Source of the DNA: Phoronis australis
Taxonomy: Eukaryota; Animalia; Phoronida
NCBI GenBank assembly: GCA_002633005.1
Contig: NMRA01000254.1
Span: forward strand, 217,722-281,721
Direction of reading: 5' to 3'
Length of the DNA stretch: 64,000 nucleotides
Part shown: one piece after another, positions 32,671-45,040 of the stretch
Layout of the letters: every line of letters begins with the position of its first letter
Numbering within the stretch: the first letter of the stretch is position 1
The notes under the pieces: model-generated
Database searches by the model: none
The model's input: the letters and a program-made list of their open reading frames with translations, nothing else
Told to the model about the DNA's origin: nothing
Position numbers and translations under genes: made by a program

Positions 32671-35600
32671 TTGGCCTAGTTTAGAAGGAAAGCGCTTTGG
32701 ACGCACTGCACGTCAGTCTGTAGAAAAATACTATACAGCAACGGTATTCTTTCTCTGACACAGTTACAATTTGATTTTAGTTATGCTCTGCTTTTATCAC
32801 TGAAGTGAGACAATGATGCGTAACAGCGAACAAGGAATATCATGCTGAAATCACTAAAACACAGTTTAGTGATAAAAGGTTATCAATGACTTAAAATCTA
32901 CGTACTTGCTCCCGGAAAATCTTCAATTTGAGAAATGAAATTCATCGGTAGTCATTTCTGATTATCTACAATTTCCAAAAACGAACCGAACGTACGCTTT
33001 TTGGCAGACCCCGTTCCCCTCCCAGCCTCCACCCGCTGCACTAACGCATACTATGACATTCTACAATTTATAAAGACACGCCGGCCGTTAAACCCCTTTC
33101 CTACCGTACGTCTTCGAGGTAGACATTGCAAATAGGATAATTGTGTCCCTTAACATATCGATGTAAGAAAGGTTGAAGAAAAAGCAAAGGAGCCATAAGC
33201 TCATATCGTGTTGTAAACCTAAACACTGAATTCATTCTTGCAAACCTGGCACCAATCTTTCAGGCAGTTCTCGTTTTTGTTTCTCCCCAACTCATGCAAG
33301 AAACGAAAACGGGCATGATTGAGAGAACAAGTGCGCATGATTTTGAAGGCACCCGAAATCAGTAGCTATACAACTAACGGTGTGCTTGATTTATCGCTAA
33401 ATTTCCCAGCATTGCTATTCAACGGGTCTAATGATTGGCTGTTCATTCGGCGTTTTCTTATCCACCCGACGTACGAAAATCGAACGAACAGTCCAGCTAC
33501 TGTAATCCGAGTGACGTTCTCTGTTTTCATGGGGCGTTCCGCACTGCGTCGGCGATGTAAGTAAATGAAAGCACTTCAATGGGCTTGCAAACAGTTGCCA
33601 ATAATCGCGAGATGAAGGACGGTCTTCAATAATAAAATATCCTTAAATGGAGTTAATCCTACTCGGCGTAGCCTGCACCGGAGAACTTCGTCGTCTTCAA
33701 TAAGGTAAGATTTCATATAGACATGAGAAAACGCATACGTTGCTACACGTATCATATGTTCTGACATATGGAAGACGCAGCTCCGTTGAATCAGCCGACA
33801 AGCCAGTACTTCCGTTAACGCAGGCAACAGTTTTAAAACGATTATAATATCATCCATAATGATGAAAATGTCATCCAGCTAAAACGAGTCCTCAGTGTGT
33901 CTCCGGGAACACTCCACATTTTTAGACGATTTGTCCCAGGAAAATCGAGTATGATATGCTGGAAAAGGGACACATTTCTATTACGAGCTTCCATGAAAAA
34001 GGAATTTTACTCCATTATTCCAAAAACACTAGAATTCTGTAGAACTAGATTCTATTATACAGGTAACCCTTTCATTTATACAAAAAGTATAACGTTTAAT
34101 CTCACGACGCTATATATTTTTTGAAAGCAAGAACGTTTATAGGGCCATAAATTGGATCACACCTATTTCAGTGAAATTAAAGAAAATCAGAAATTCATAT
34201 TTCGATGTTCATAGCAAAACAGCACCATCAACGTGATTAAACTTCTTAGGGTAGAAAAATTCAAAACTATTATTAAGGCTGATTTCTAGTTCTCAATTAG
34301 CCATTTTCTTCACTTGAAAGACTATTTCGGTGTACATAAATAAAATCTTAAAAAATATATAAATACTACCGTTCAGAATAAGTGTCGCTCACTGCTGTAC
34401 GATTCAACTTCATCACTGAAAGTAAGGCAGGGGAAATTATTTTAAAAAGTCGAGTCATTTTTAATGGAAAATATGGCAAATGATAATCTAACTCAAGATG
34501 CAGACTTACCGTAATACTGAGTGAGTGCTAATATTAGAGACTGATACGCTTATTTCATAAAAAGTACCGTAAGATCTTTCAAACCAGTCGATACGTACAG
34601 CATGCATTTCAGTTTCGTTACGTTGTAATCCTACACCACTCAGAGAAATCGTAACCATAGTTAAAATGTGGGAAAATTAAGTTGGTTCAAACAAATGACA
34701 TTTCCATTCTTATTGTCCCATAGTTTCATAAAACTGGGAAAAATATTTGGATTCTACGTAATCCAAAGGTTCCGGTCAGCTATCAGAATTTGTCTTTAAA
34801 TATCTTTGACGAAAGCAAAATTTCATATACGTTAAGGGATCATGTTAGACACTGTACGTTTTGAGCTCACATGCACGCAGCTCATCTCAAATATCGCATC
34901 TGTACCACGTCATAGGTGACATGCGTGGAGATATGATCCGAAACCTATCAGCGACTTTGTCTAGTATTCCTTAATTTAAAACTTAGTTGTTTTGCATTGC
35001 GCAATGATGTATTTGCACCAAGAAGGTTGAATTTCCTTCCCTGATAATTAGACAAACGTTCGGTAATTGAAGTCTTCGCAAGATTACGTGAGATACTGCC
35101 ATGCAGTTTAAATTAACAATTAAGTTATTTCGGCTAGATTTTAGAGAGGCACTATAGTCGGTCCTAGGGTTACAGAACTTGACTCTGGTGTATTTGCTTT
35201 GCCAAGCAATGCGTTTCCATGTTTCCACATGCCCGTGCAAAATGGTGTCTCTAGAAGAAAAATCATTTGGCCAGTTTTTAAGTCAACAGGTACCAATTTC
35301 ACGAATCCTCCGAATCTAAACCTAATGCTGAGCCCAGTTAACTTTCCGTATTGTTGCACTCCAAACATTTTAGGCCCCAGGGTCAGGCAGCATTTTTTCA
35401 CCAGGATGGCGGCTGTGAGGTCAGAGATCACTACATGTACATGTAATGTAATTATTAAGATGACGCTTACCTGCAGTGGCGGAGGGTAGGGAATTAGTAT
35501 TTTGTCACCCTACTCGCTTAACTACCACAGCAACGCGGAATTTCTTCAGTTTCACTAGAAATAGATCTATCAAGCATTACGACTTTACAGAGACTATACG

Positions 35601-36315
35601 CATTACGGATAGATGAAAACATCCGTTTTATTTCGTCGCTCAAGTAAAGCGACTCCAAACGCATATCGTATCACGAATTATGCATTACCTCCCAATGGAA
35701 CAGGTTTAAAAGCCTTACCAGACGGTGAGTATTCGCCTGAGGCAGATTACGCGCAATTAATGTACCTCAGACAGATACGCTCAATGTGACGTCTGTCAAT
35801 GTTAAGAAAATACCTCATGTGTCAATGTAGAAGCAGATTTAACACGCTAGAAATTCTTACGACATGCCAGAAAGATACTCAGCGTGGAGTTAAGGCTTGC
35901 AGCTTTGCGTCGCCGAGCTGCTGACAAATGAGAACGTAGTAACCGTGGTGTGCGCGTGGCACAGCCCACATCAAGATAAATTACACATCATCAAAAACGC
36001 CTAATATGAACATGTTGTTTACCCGTTGTGTCACCAGAAAACGCACACATTTTGGGCTGGTGCAACATGTTTTGAAGACGCAAGAATCTCGCTAAGGCCA
36101 AGCTATAATTTTATCAAGTGCATTGCTTGCCTACCTATTTTCTCTTCTCCCAAGAAACTAGGTTTTCATTAAAATTGCATTTAGCGGGTTCATTGGTTTG
36201 CCACACTTTACAGGTTATTTACCTTTTCCTTTATTAGTTGGTTTCTACCAGCATGCGAGTATTACCTAAGTTTACCCTTTCCGCTTACTGAGCTAGTTCT
36301 CGTTTCCACCGGCAG

Positions 36316-36494
36316 GTCTGATTTTCCAAACACGATCGATTTTTACGGATTAGGATTGATTTTCCTAACAGGATTGATATTTACGAATAAGGTTTGATTT
36401 TTACAAATTAGGTTCGAATTATGTTTAACTTTGATTTTTACGATTTAGGTTTGATTTTTCTATTAACAACTTTTGCCCTTTCCGCGGCCCATAC
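36316..36494. repeat. ~20-bp degenerate tandem repeats ending in a TIR-like terminus (DNA transposon end)
   Basis: Repeated gatttttacgRattaggtt units followed by gccctttccgcggccccatac. Confidence 0.5.
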
Positions 36495-36774
36495 TCAAAC
36501 AATGAAATTTTACCGCGACATGAATTTCGGTTTCAACAATTTTGAATTTTAAATTTGTCTGGACAGTGACTCTTCAAATAGAATAAATATTTTTTTCTTT
36601 TTGTACGTGTTTACCCAGAAGTGATATCATTATAATGATTTGTGAATATGACTGGGGTTGGGTGGCCCCAGGTTCATACCCCTAGAACATACAATATAGT
36701 ACATCATAAAGAACAAATAAGTATTTTGAAAAGTAACTCCTAGCTAATGGGCCTACATAGAGCAACAGCACATT

Positions 36775-37590
36775 TATAAGTGGGCGCACTATGCCGTCAT
36801 CCCACTCCATCCGTTGGTAAAAACCTCCGCCCTTCCGGCGTCCTGCGTCCGCTGCTGTATCTCCAAAGCCCCTTGATGGATGTTCGTGGACGTTTGCAGA
36901 GATGTTCGTTTTATGGATGGAAAGAAATTCCACTACCCGGGTGTCCCCTAGTGGCGAAAAAATTTTATGTTTACCTCAGTCTGTACGCCTTCCGGATTCG
37001 ATGTATTCTGTGCCACCGGGAGGTCGTATCTGTTTTGAAACCGTCCATCTATCAGATAAACTACGCAAAATATCATTATGAAAATTGGTGTACGTGGCTA
37101 CTGGGGCGAATGCGGCTGGTGATGTTTTTAGAATGGCCTTTATGTCATTTTTATGCGCCCACCTATTTACATGCTAGTGCATATTGTCGTCGTCTCTTTC
37201 TGGGCATCCGGCGTCCAGACTTCCGACGTCTGCTACTGTATCTCCGAAACCCCTTGCAGGTTCTTATTGAAATTAGGCAGGTGTGTTTTAATGAAGTTGA
37301 CGACAGATGGCGAGTAGTTTTGGACCGATCTGAATACAGTACGTTGTGCCCCCTTGTGGCAATTATATTTTTTACGTCTGTTTCTGTATCTTCGGAATTT
37401 CTGGGTGGATTTTCGTGAAATTCGTCAAATGTTTTTATTACAGAGACGACGATGCCAATTCATTTTGGATGAATTTGGCATATTTTACGTCACATTGTAT
37501 CAATTTTTGTTATTTTTGCGTCCTTTTTGTGGCGTCCGCCTCTTTATCTGCCAATAGTCGGTGGGCCAGATTTTGTAGGGCCTCTAGAAA
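36775..37590 (+). mobile_element. Helentron/HINE-like repeat, copy 2 (second start at 37148)
   Basis: tttttatgcgcccacctattta at 37148 matches 14639; same internal units. Confidence 0.6.
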
Positions 37591-37862
37591 ATGGTTTGTG
37601 TGAAGAAGAACCGGCATAGTTCTGTGTTTCAGACTGTGTTGTTCCACGAACGGCTAGAAAAAATACGGACACGCAACAGTCTGCTTCACAATCTCTAAAG
37701 ACGTTGAGATTCGGAAGCGTTGGGTCGTTGCCGCGACGAAGCAAAATATGTCCGTGTAAAATTTATAAATGTTTTCGAAAAGTTAGATCATTTTGTCGCA
37801 TGTTGGTCAATTGTTAAGCATCATAGTAACGACCGGAGAATGGGCCAGCCAGGCTGTGTTTT

Positions 37863-38149
37863 CATGACTACGGATTTAGGGGGGGGGGGACATGCCCCCC
37901 TAAAATTGTATCAGGCGAATTGCTGACTAGCACACATGCGCAACCGGGGCGGGTCTTGGGGGGTGAATAAACAACGCATAGGAGCTGAATGAACCCCGTT
38001 TACAGTTTTTTTTTAGTCAACAGGTCCGCAAACCCAAGAATTCAAGACCCCTGCATCCCCAGAGTTTAGGCTGGGCGCGCGCATCTGCCGAAATCCTGCT
38101 TATTCCTGTGCCCTGCCCCCCTTAACTGGAAAACCTGGATCCGCCCCTG
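37863..38149. mobile_element. GC-rich MITE remnant
   Basis: cggatttagggggg at the left and cctggatccgcccctg at the right end. Confidence 0.4.
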
Positions 38150-39319
38150 CTATGGGTTGAAACATTATAATTTTTCTTTCCAAAAAGGACTGGGCCCTCA
38201 ATCCCTCAAATTTGGGGCCCAATATCGGCCCTATTCCCCTCTCAAACATATTGAAATATCACGCGAAATTCCCCCCACGAGGCATAAAAATTCCCCTAGT
38301 GAAAAATCTCTCTGAGTTCACATCACCTGTAACCACACAGGTGACAATTTTTAAGAGCACAAAAGGCTACTTTAAATTGAGGCAGAGCCTATGAGAGCTT
38401 GCAACAGGGCGGGGGTGCTATTGATGGTGATCGGGAGGTAGATTGTTCCCGCCCTCACTCGGCGAAAAAATCGCCTCTCAGTAGGCACTGGCACCGTTCC
38501 CCTCAGATGAAAGAGGCTTCTGCAGAAACATGATAACTATGATTGCATTGTCCAGTTAACTGAAATTGAGTTCTAAAACGATGTTATGTTTTGGACGAAC
38601 GAATTAGGTGTTTTAATTTTAAAATTCAACTTGGTCCAGATTGATATTTGAAATCTAACACATGAAATAGACGTAAGAATTATTACAACCAAGAAAGCAT
38701 TGATGGTCAAATAATTTTTATTTTCAATTACGAGCCTGGTTTTTTATTTTAATAAAAATATATTTAATAACATCAATTATTCTTTCAGACCAATGACAAA
38801 TCAACTGTTAGTCCCAGTGAGTGCATAGGATCAGGCTATGCTTGATGTTAATATTCTTGATCAACAAATTAAACCAGATGTGACTAATTGCACATGACAG
38901 ACACCACTGTCGAATATGTCTTCAACTCGTCAACAATACGAGCAGATGACCTGGTCCGCGTAGAAAGTATTTTGATCAACAATTTACAAGAAAAAAGTTA
39001 ACCCTGCATTCAGCATAATACCTAATCCGTAACACTACGATCGCCGCAATTTGGTCATATTTACTTTTCATGTTTCGAACCTAGTTTTCCGAAAAAATTT
39101 AAACCCTTACATCAGACAACTCTTTGGCGCCTTAACTTGTTCTCTAATGTAATTTTCTACGTCTCTGTGGTTAATTGTCGACACATCATTAAAATTTAAT
39201 ATCCAGGTTGGACTCGAAAGACCGGCTATTTAACTCACGCAATGTCTACTTTCGCTTTGTTTATCGCAGTGAGCCTCGCTTTGGATCTTAATGGCCGCCG
39301 CGTGAATAGGGTCTATTGT

Positions 39320-40210
39320 GAAAATTTACGGTTGTGTTCCTGATGAGAAGGCCACGACTGACGTTGAATTTCAGACGGGTTCAACTATGATTGTGTCGTC
39401 CACTAGTGGCGATTTTGTTTTTATTTGCGTCTGCGTCCGAATATTTTTATAACCCTTTGAAGGAGCTTTGTGAAATTGAAAGATTGTGTTCCTCTTATAC
39501 TGCCGACGAAAACGGTAACGAGTGTTGAATTGATCTGAATACCACTGTGCCCCCTAGTGGCAAAATGTTTTTTTACGTTTACCTCTGTATCTTCGGAGTT
39601 CATTTTTTATTAAATTTGACAAAAAAGTTTTTGTAAAGGTGAAGACAACCCCTTCCCATTTTTAGACAGCTTTGATTTTCTGCCCCACCTGGTGGCCATT
39701 TAGATATTTTTGTGTAGTACAGTACGTTTTTGACGTCTTGCTCTCTATGTGCCAAACCTCTGAAAGTATCATTTCCAAAATTCAGTGTTGTGATCCTGAT
39801 GCAAATACCGCGACAGACGTTGATTTTCGGACGATTTCGACTGCTCTGGCGCCCTCTAGGGCGTCTACAGCGTCAATCCTTTGCCAAATTTGCGGATAAG
39901 CTCCTACATGTACAGTTTATGTAGACGGCAACAGATGACGCTGAGTTTCAGACCAATTGGACCGTACATGTGCACCCTAGTGCCAATTTTATTTTTTTTA
40001 CGTTTGTCTCTGTATCTTAGGAGTTCGTTGGTTTATTTTCATGAAATTTGGCAAATAGTTGTGTTAGAGACGACGCGACCTTCCCAATGCGGACTGGTTT
40101 ACATATTCTGTTCCATCTAATAGTCATTTTCGTGATGCTAAGAACGTCCATAGAAACGCACCGTTTGCGGTGCTGTCGTGGGCGTACTTCAACGCTCTGA
40201 GTTGCTCTGT
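39320..40210 (+). mobile_element. Helentron/HINE-like repeat, copy 3 with 3' end
   Basis: Same internal units. Ends with gtgggcgta (inverse of the 5' tatgcgcccac), then a short stem-loop caac-gctctga-gttg and a T-rich tail. Confidence 0.6.
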
Positions 40211-40264
40211 TTGTGTCCTTTGTCGTCTACGTCCCAATCCTCCAAACTTCTTGAAGAATCATGA

Positions 40265-40450
40265 CGAGATGTAACATAATGAGGAAGGATCCCTTTTGGA
40301 ACCAAAGAACAATACCTGATGTGGTAAGTGTACAGCCGTTTCGACCTTATACCACGGACATGATTCAACTCCGGGTGAGATAGGCTGTACACATCAAGGT
40401 ACGGTTCTTTGGTTCCAAAAAGGACCTTTACTCAATATTTTTCGTCACGT
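40265..40450. mobile_element. Hairpin/MITE-like inverted repeat
   Basis: cttttggaaccaaagaac...tgtacagcc pairs with ggctgtacacatca...gttctttggttccaaaaag. Confidence 0.65.
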
Positions 40451-41657
40451 AAGTGGAACCCAGTAATACACATAGCCTTATGATGAGATGTGACAAGCGT
40501 GTTTCTATTCAGCGGAGCATTTCTGACTTGCTTTGCACTTCCTAAGGGCAAGGAGGATGTTTAAAATAATGATCAACTCTTTTATCAGCGTTGTATGTCA
40601 TACAACTCTCTCTGCGTTTCTCTTGCCTGGTAAAATTAGAATAGGTTGTTGATGGCGTTATACATTTAAATAATAACATAACAAATGTTTATGAACGGAA
40701 ACGTGAAGGCTGGCCATTGTTGAAAAAATCTGGGGGAATTGAGGTAATTTCATACGTCGAGTTATCGTCTCCAGATGGGTCGTTCATACATTGTACATGT
40801 ACTGTTAGGATGAGCCGAGTGGCGTTCATTTGTTTCTTCTGTTGCTAGGTTACCTTCCTCAAATCTGGATTTTGCAGATATTCACGAGCCTTTGGTTAAG
40901 ACATACTTTAAAGTACGCGTAAGTTTAGCCACTCTTTTATGGGGATAATCCCACAGAGTAACTCTTTCGGAGCCGGGAATTTGTGGACAGCTGAAACCGT
41001 ACAAGAGGAAATGCCACGTTGTCAAAAATTAACGCATCTTTGCAAAAAATATTTAGAAACATAGTTGATATTGAAAACTCCTCTGTAGATTCACGTAGTT
41101 GGAAAATTATCCTTTTGTAAAGTTTGAAGCTCCCAAAGTGGATCCTTTTTCTGGAATATTATCGGAAAAGCCACATTTTCTTAAAGAATTTTTGTCAGAA
41201 AAGGGCAAATTTGCAGGGAAATTAGTCGTGAGGGTTTGCTAATAGCGAATGTGTTGTGTACAGTGTTGCCGGGTGTTGTTGTAACGAATGTTTAACACAG
41301 AAGCAATTAATAAAGTTATTTTATTTGATTTATTATCATAAAATCAATATTAAACTAATAACTTGTGTAGAAAGCATTCAACTGTCATGTTATTATAGAA
41401 ATGTTTTGGAAATGAATAAAGTCACCGTTGCCGCACCCCATCTCCATCGACTGTGTCTGTGTTCAACCGGGTGACATTATGCTCATAACCAGCTGCAATG
41501 ATCTCTTCCGTATAGAAACCCTCACACTGTTGCCAGGGATGCATACTATCACCTATAATGCAGTACAGAGGAACTGGTATGGGGCATGCGCATTGAGATT
41601 TGTACATTCGCTATTAGGTACTTGCACTCTAAAACCTTTTCAACATTGTTGTAACGA

Positions 41658-41833
41658 GACTACTAAACATTATTTTGGTATAGACGACGAAAAATTGGAC
41701 AGTTTATAATGCCATCCTACTGAAGAACCAGGAGTGCGTCAGTTCGAGGATGGCCGCCAGTACTAGGACTAGGAGGCTGAAAACGCTCACGAGGTAAAAT
41801 TTCGTCGTCTATGCCAAAGAAGTTTTAGTAGTC
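41658..41833. mobile_element. MITE with ~34-bp TIRs
   Basis: gactactaaacattattttggtatagacgacgaaa and tttcgtcgtctatgccaaagaagttttagtagtc. Confidence 0.7.
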
Positions 41834-44800
41834 ATGATTATTCTGGACGCATGATTATATTTAGTACATTGCTGTAACCACATTGAACATCAACTATGAC
41901 GGGCAAGAAAACATGGAAGAGAAATTATGCGCTTGTTGTGTGATGTTAGTCAGTGGGACTGAATCTCATTTTTGTTGGTTTGTTCCTTTTATATATTCAC
42001 CTTCGACGTAAGTTTTACATCTCAGCTATTGTGAGTGGTGTATTTTGGATTGGTAAACAGTTTAAAATGCATAAATTAACACCGTTTTAAAACACCAACA
42101 CCGTGTGTGCGTATGTGTAGGCCTACTTATTGTTTTCTATTGCTGTACAAGTGCCGGTAGACTGTTCTCAGGGATTAAATGTATGTCTTATAAAGCCACC
42201 CTCCAGAGCGGCACGTTCTACACACTTTTGCCTCACCTTTAAGATTCTTCAAGCAACATCTACATACGTTTCTAGGCAAACCTATACGGATCCTCTCTTT
42301 TCTGATTCTGGGATTCCTAGTAATCATTTTGAATGACTCATCCGAGTTCCTGTAATTATGCCTTATGATCCCGCGAATGATCCTATGATTTCGCCTATTA
42401 GATTAAATACGCCAAGTGATGGATATTTATCAGCAGGGCTATCCTAAAGCACTCAGTGGATTCTTAATGGCCATTGAAACATCGTGCAGGTTCGCCTATA
42501 AGAATATAAGTAGTAGTACCAGCAAAGCATTACATGTAATGCCGTTTTGGTAGTATACATGTGGAACCTTATCGACAAGACAGTTTATTTAGTAAGACAT
42601 CTAGAAAACTAAATTAATTAAACAGTATAAAAGTATTTATTTTCTGAGAGAAGAAAGCTTTTAGATTTTGTCTTTAATATTGTAGCAACGTGCCATCATT
42701 TGGAAAGTTGGCCATAACGTCTTAGTAAAATTTAGCATAAAAGAAAAGTACATTCATTCAAATTGGCCAAAATTTATTTCATATAAATGTACAAGATAAA
42801 ATCTCATTAACAATTTTACAGCTTGTTTGGAAACCATTTCGTTTTATTTGATTTTCGATTGTTTCTCGACTGGACGAATATCATGTATACGATTAATATA
42901 ATTCCTATTGTCGTAAACGAATGATTTGTTCTCATCTTCCGCAGGCGTTTGTCTGGTTCGTCTTTTCTTATTTCGACTGCTCGCTTTACCGCATTTTCAA
43001 CATAACTCCGAGTTAGCCTTATTCCGTTAACGGATGCATATTATACATACTGTGTAGTCAAATTTACCGTACACGAACTCACTGTCGTAAAATGTGGTGC
43101 AGTGAAGACAGGCTTTAAATCGCTGATATATTTTTCTGAAAATTAAGTGTGTTTTAGCTACTATTCGACTCTTTCCGGTTCATTTAGATAACATTTAATA
43201 TAACTGATTTTAACGTTAGTTAATTCAGTCGAAACTCAAACCCAAATAATTTCCATTCAACGTCTGGTATAATCACTCATCATCAAGAACTGATAAAGGG
43301 CTTTCTAATGATATGGCTCGTCTGCAATTAGGTTGAAAAATGGCAAAGTGTTGCGAATTAAAGTTTTAGTGACGGTAAATTCCATTGCAACACCCAACAC
43401 CGGAACAAATCATATATATTGAACTACATTCTCTGGAACAACCACAGACATTCCAGTGCAACCGGAATAGCTTGCTCGACAAACAAGATTACTGCATTTT
43501 TATAATATCCTGAATAACAAAATCGAACTTTTCCTTGGGGATAGATATAACTCGCGTAAGAATTTACTTTCGAATAAATCACGCGCATAACCCATTATTA
43601 AAAAGTAGCGTTTTATTTGTCAATTTCCCGTGTATGCCCTGTGAACCACGCAGCATAATCTATATTGTACTACGGCAAATTATTCCTAGGCGAGACTGCT
43701 GTGGGCGGCGCACGTTGATAACCGAACATTCGAAATTAAAAAGCGAGACACCTAGACTCAGGCCATACTGCAAGGGGAGAATGTCAGCCGCAGTACTCCA
43801 AAAGATCTGTTGTGTAGTCGTGCCTGAGAAATGGAACGGGCAAATATTTGTAAATCGTGTGCACGAAAATTTACGAAAATTTTCGAAAATTTCGTAGCGT
43901 GTGTCTAAAAGGGGACATTCTAATGATGTGGTGGGACGCGGGACAAAGCTTCAAAAAAGAGGATCATCAATTGCCTCTTAAAAGAGATCTAAACTACAAG
44001 TTTCAGTATTTTAGTTAGCCAGACAGCTAACTGTATGAAGACTATACATCTAGGTACCACTGTGTGTTTTTCTTCCATAGACCCCGAAATTGCACACTGC
44101 CAGGGTAGTTCTGCTCGTCAACTCGCCGTGAATTTGTATCAACATGTAGAGCTAAAGACCGGTGGGGGTGCATGCAAAATCAGTGGGAGGCAACCGACTC
44201 TCATCTTGCCCGTTACAGCCGTTTAAGTGAAAAACAATCTAATAAACGTCATTTTCTTGAGTAATTCTAGAGGTTTTGTAACAAAGAAAAGTCTGTCGTC
44301 GTTTTGAAAACAGTAATGTGAACTAATAAAAAAGACGTGATTTCTTATATAGACTTAATCCATAACCTAAATTACATAAAAATGCATGTTTTTGTACTTC
44401 AGTAATCTTTAAAGACATCCCGAATATCCAAACGGTTACCATGCACCGCTCCGGAAGTGTCCGTATTCAAAAACGACGTCTTTTGGCGTAAACGTTGTCG
44501 CACCCAGCCATTGGTTTGTTGTGAATTAGAGTAGCTGTCCATCTGTCAAGGGTGACGCGATATGAAGTTGTCCATTAGTTAATGTATAGGTTTGTAAATA
44601 TTTTTAGTCCAGATATACGTCTTCTACATTATGGTGGCATCGGTGTCCAGAGGTTTATTTGTGGGTATACTGGAGGTAAACATGCTTTCAGATTTTCAGA
44701 TTTGTAATGCCACACGATAGTGTTTACTTACGAAGTAACTGAATGCATGGTGTTGATGAAACACATGTTCTCCATGACACCAATGTTTTTGGAAGTAAGA

Positions 44801-45040
44801 CCATTTCTAACTGTAAGAGGTACTATACAATTGTCACTGTGTTTTGTCTACCCTTTGTCACTGGACTTGGTGCCTTTCGCCCACGCCGTCGAAAATTCAA
44901 CTAAGTAACAAATTGTCAGTCATTTCACATCACAGTTCCTACGCATGACCTGTTTCATATTTTTAGCACATTTATTTCCACCGAAAAGGGGAGGCTCTCC
45001 GGAAAAAGTGTCAAAACACGCAAAATAGACTCGGTTAAAT

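Noticed and set aside
33319-34124. Cluster of short ORFs in slightly GC-richer sequence
   Set aside because: No consistent frame, domain motif or splice pattern recognisable.
35141-35431. 96-aa minus-strand ORF as an exon
   Set aside because: No recognisable domain and no compatible partner exons found.
36780-37418. 212-aa ORF
   Set aside because: Falls entirely within the HINE-like tandem repeat, starts at GTG and has no domain motifs.
40325-40390. Hammerhead ribozyme (minus-strand gtcgaaac with flanking stems)
   Set aside because: The required CUGANGA core is not present at the right position.
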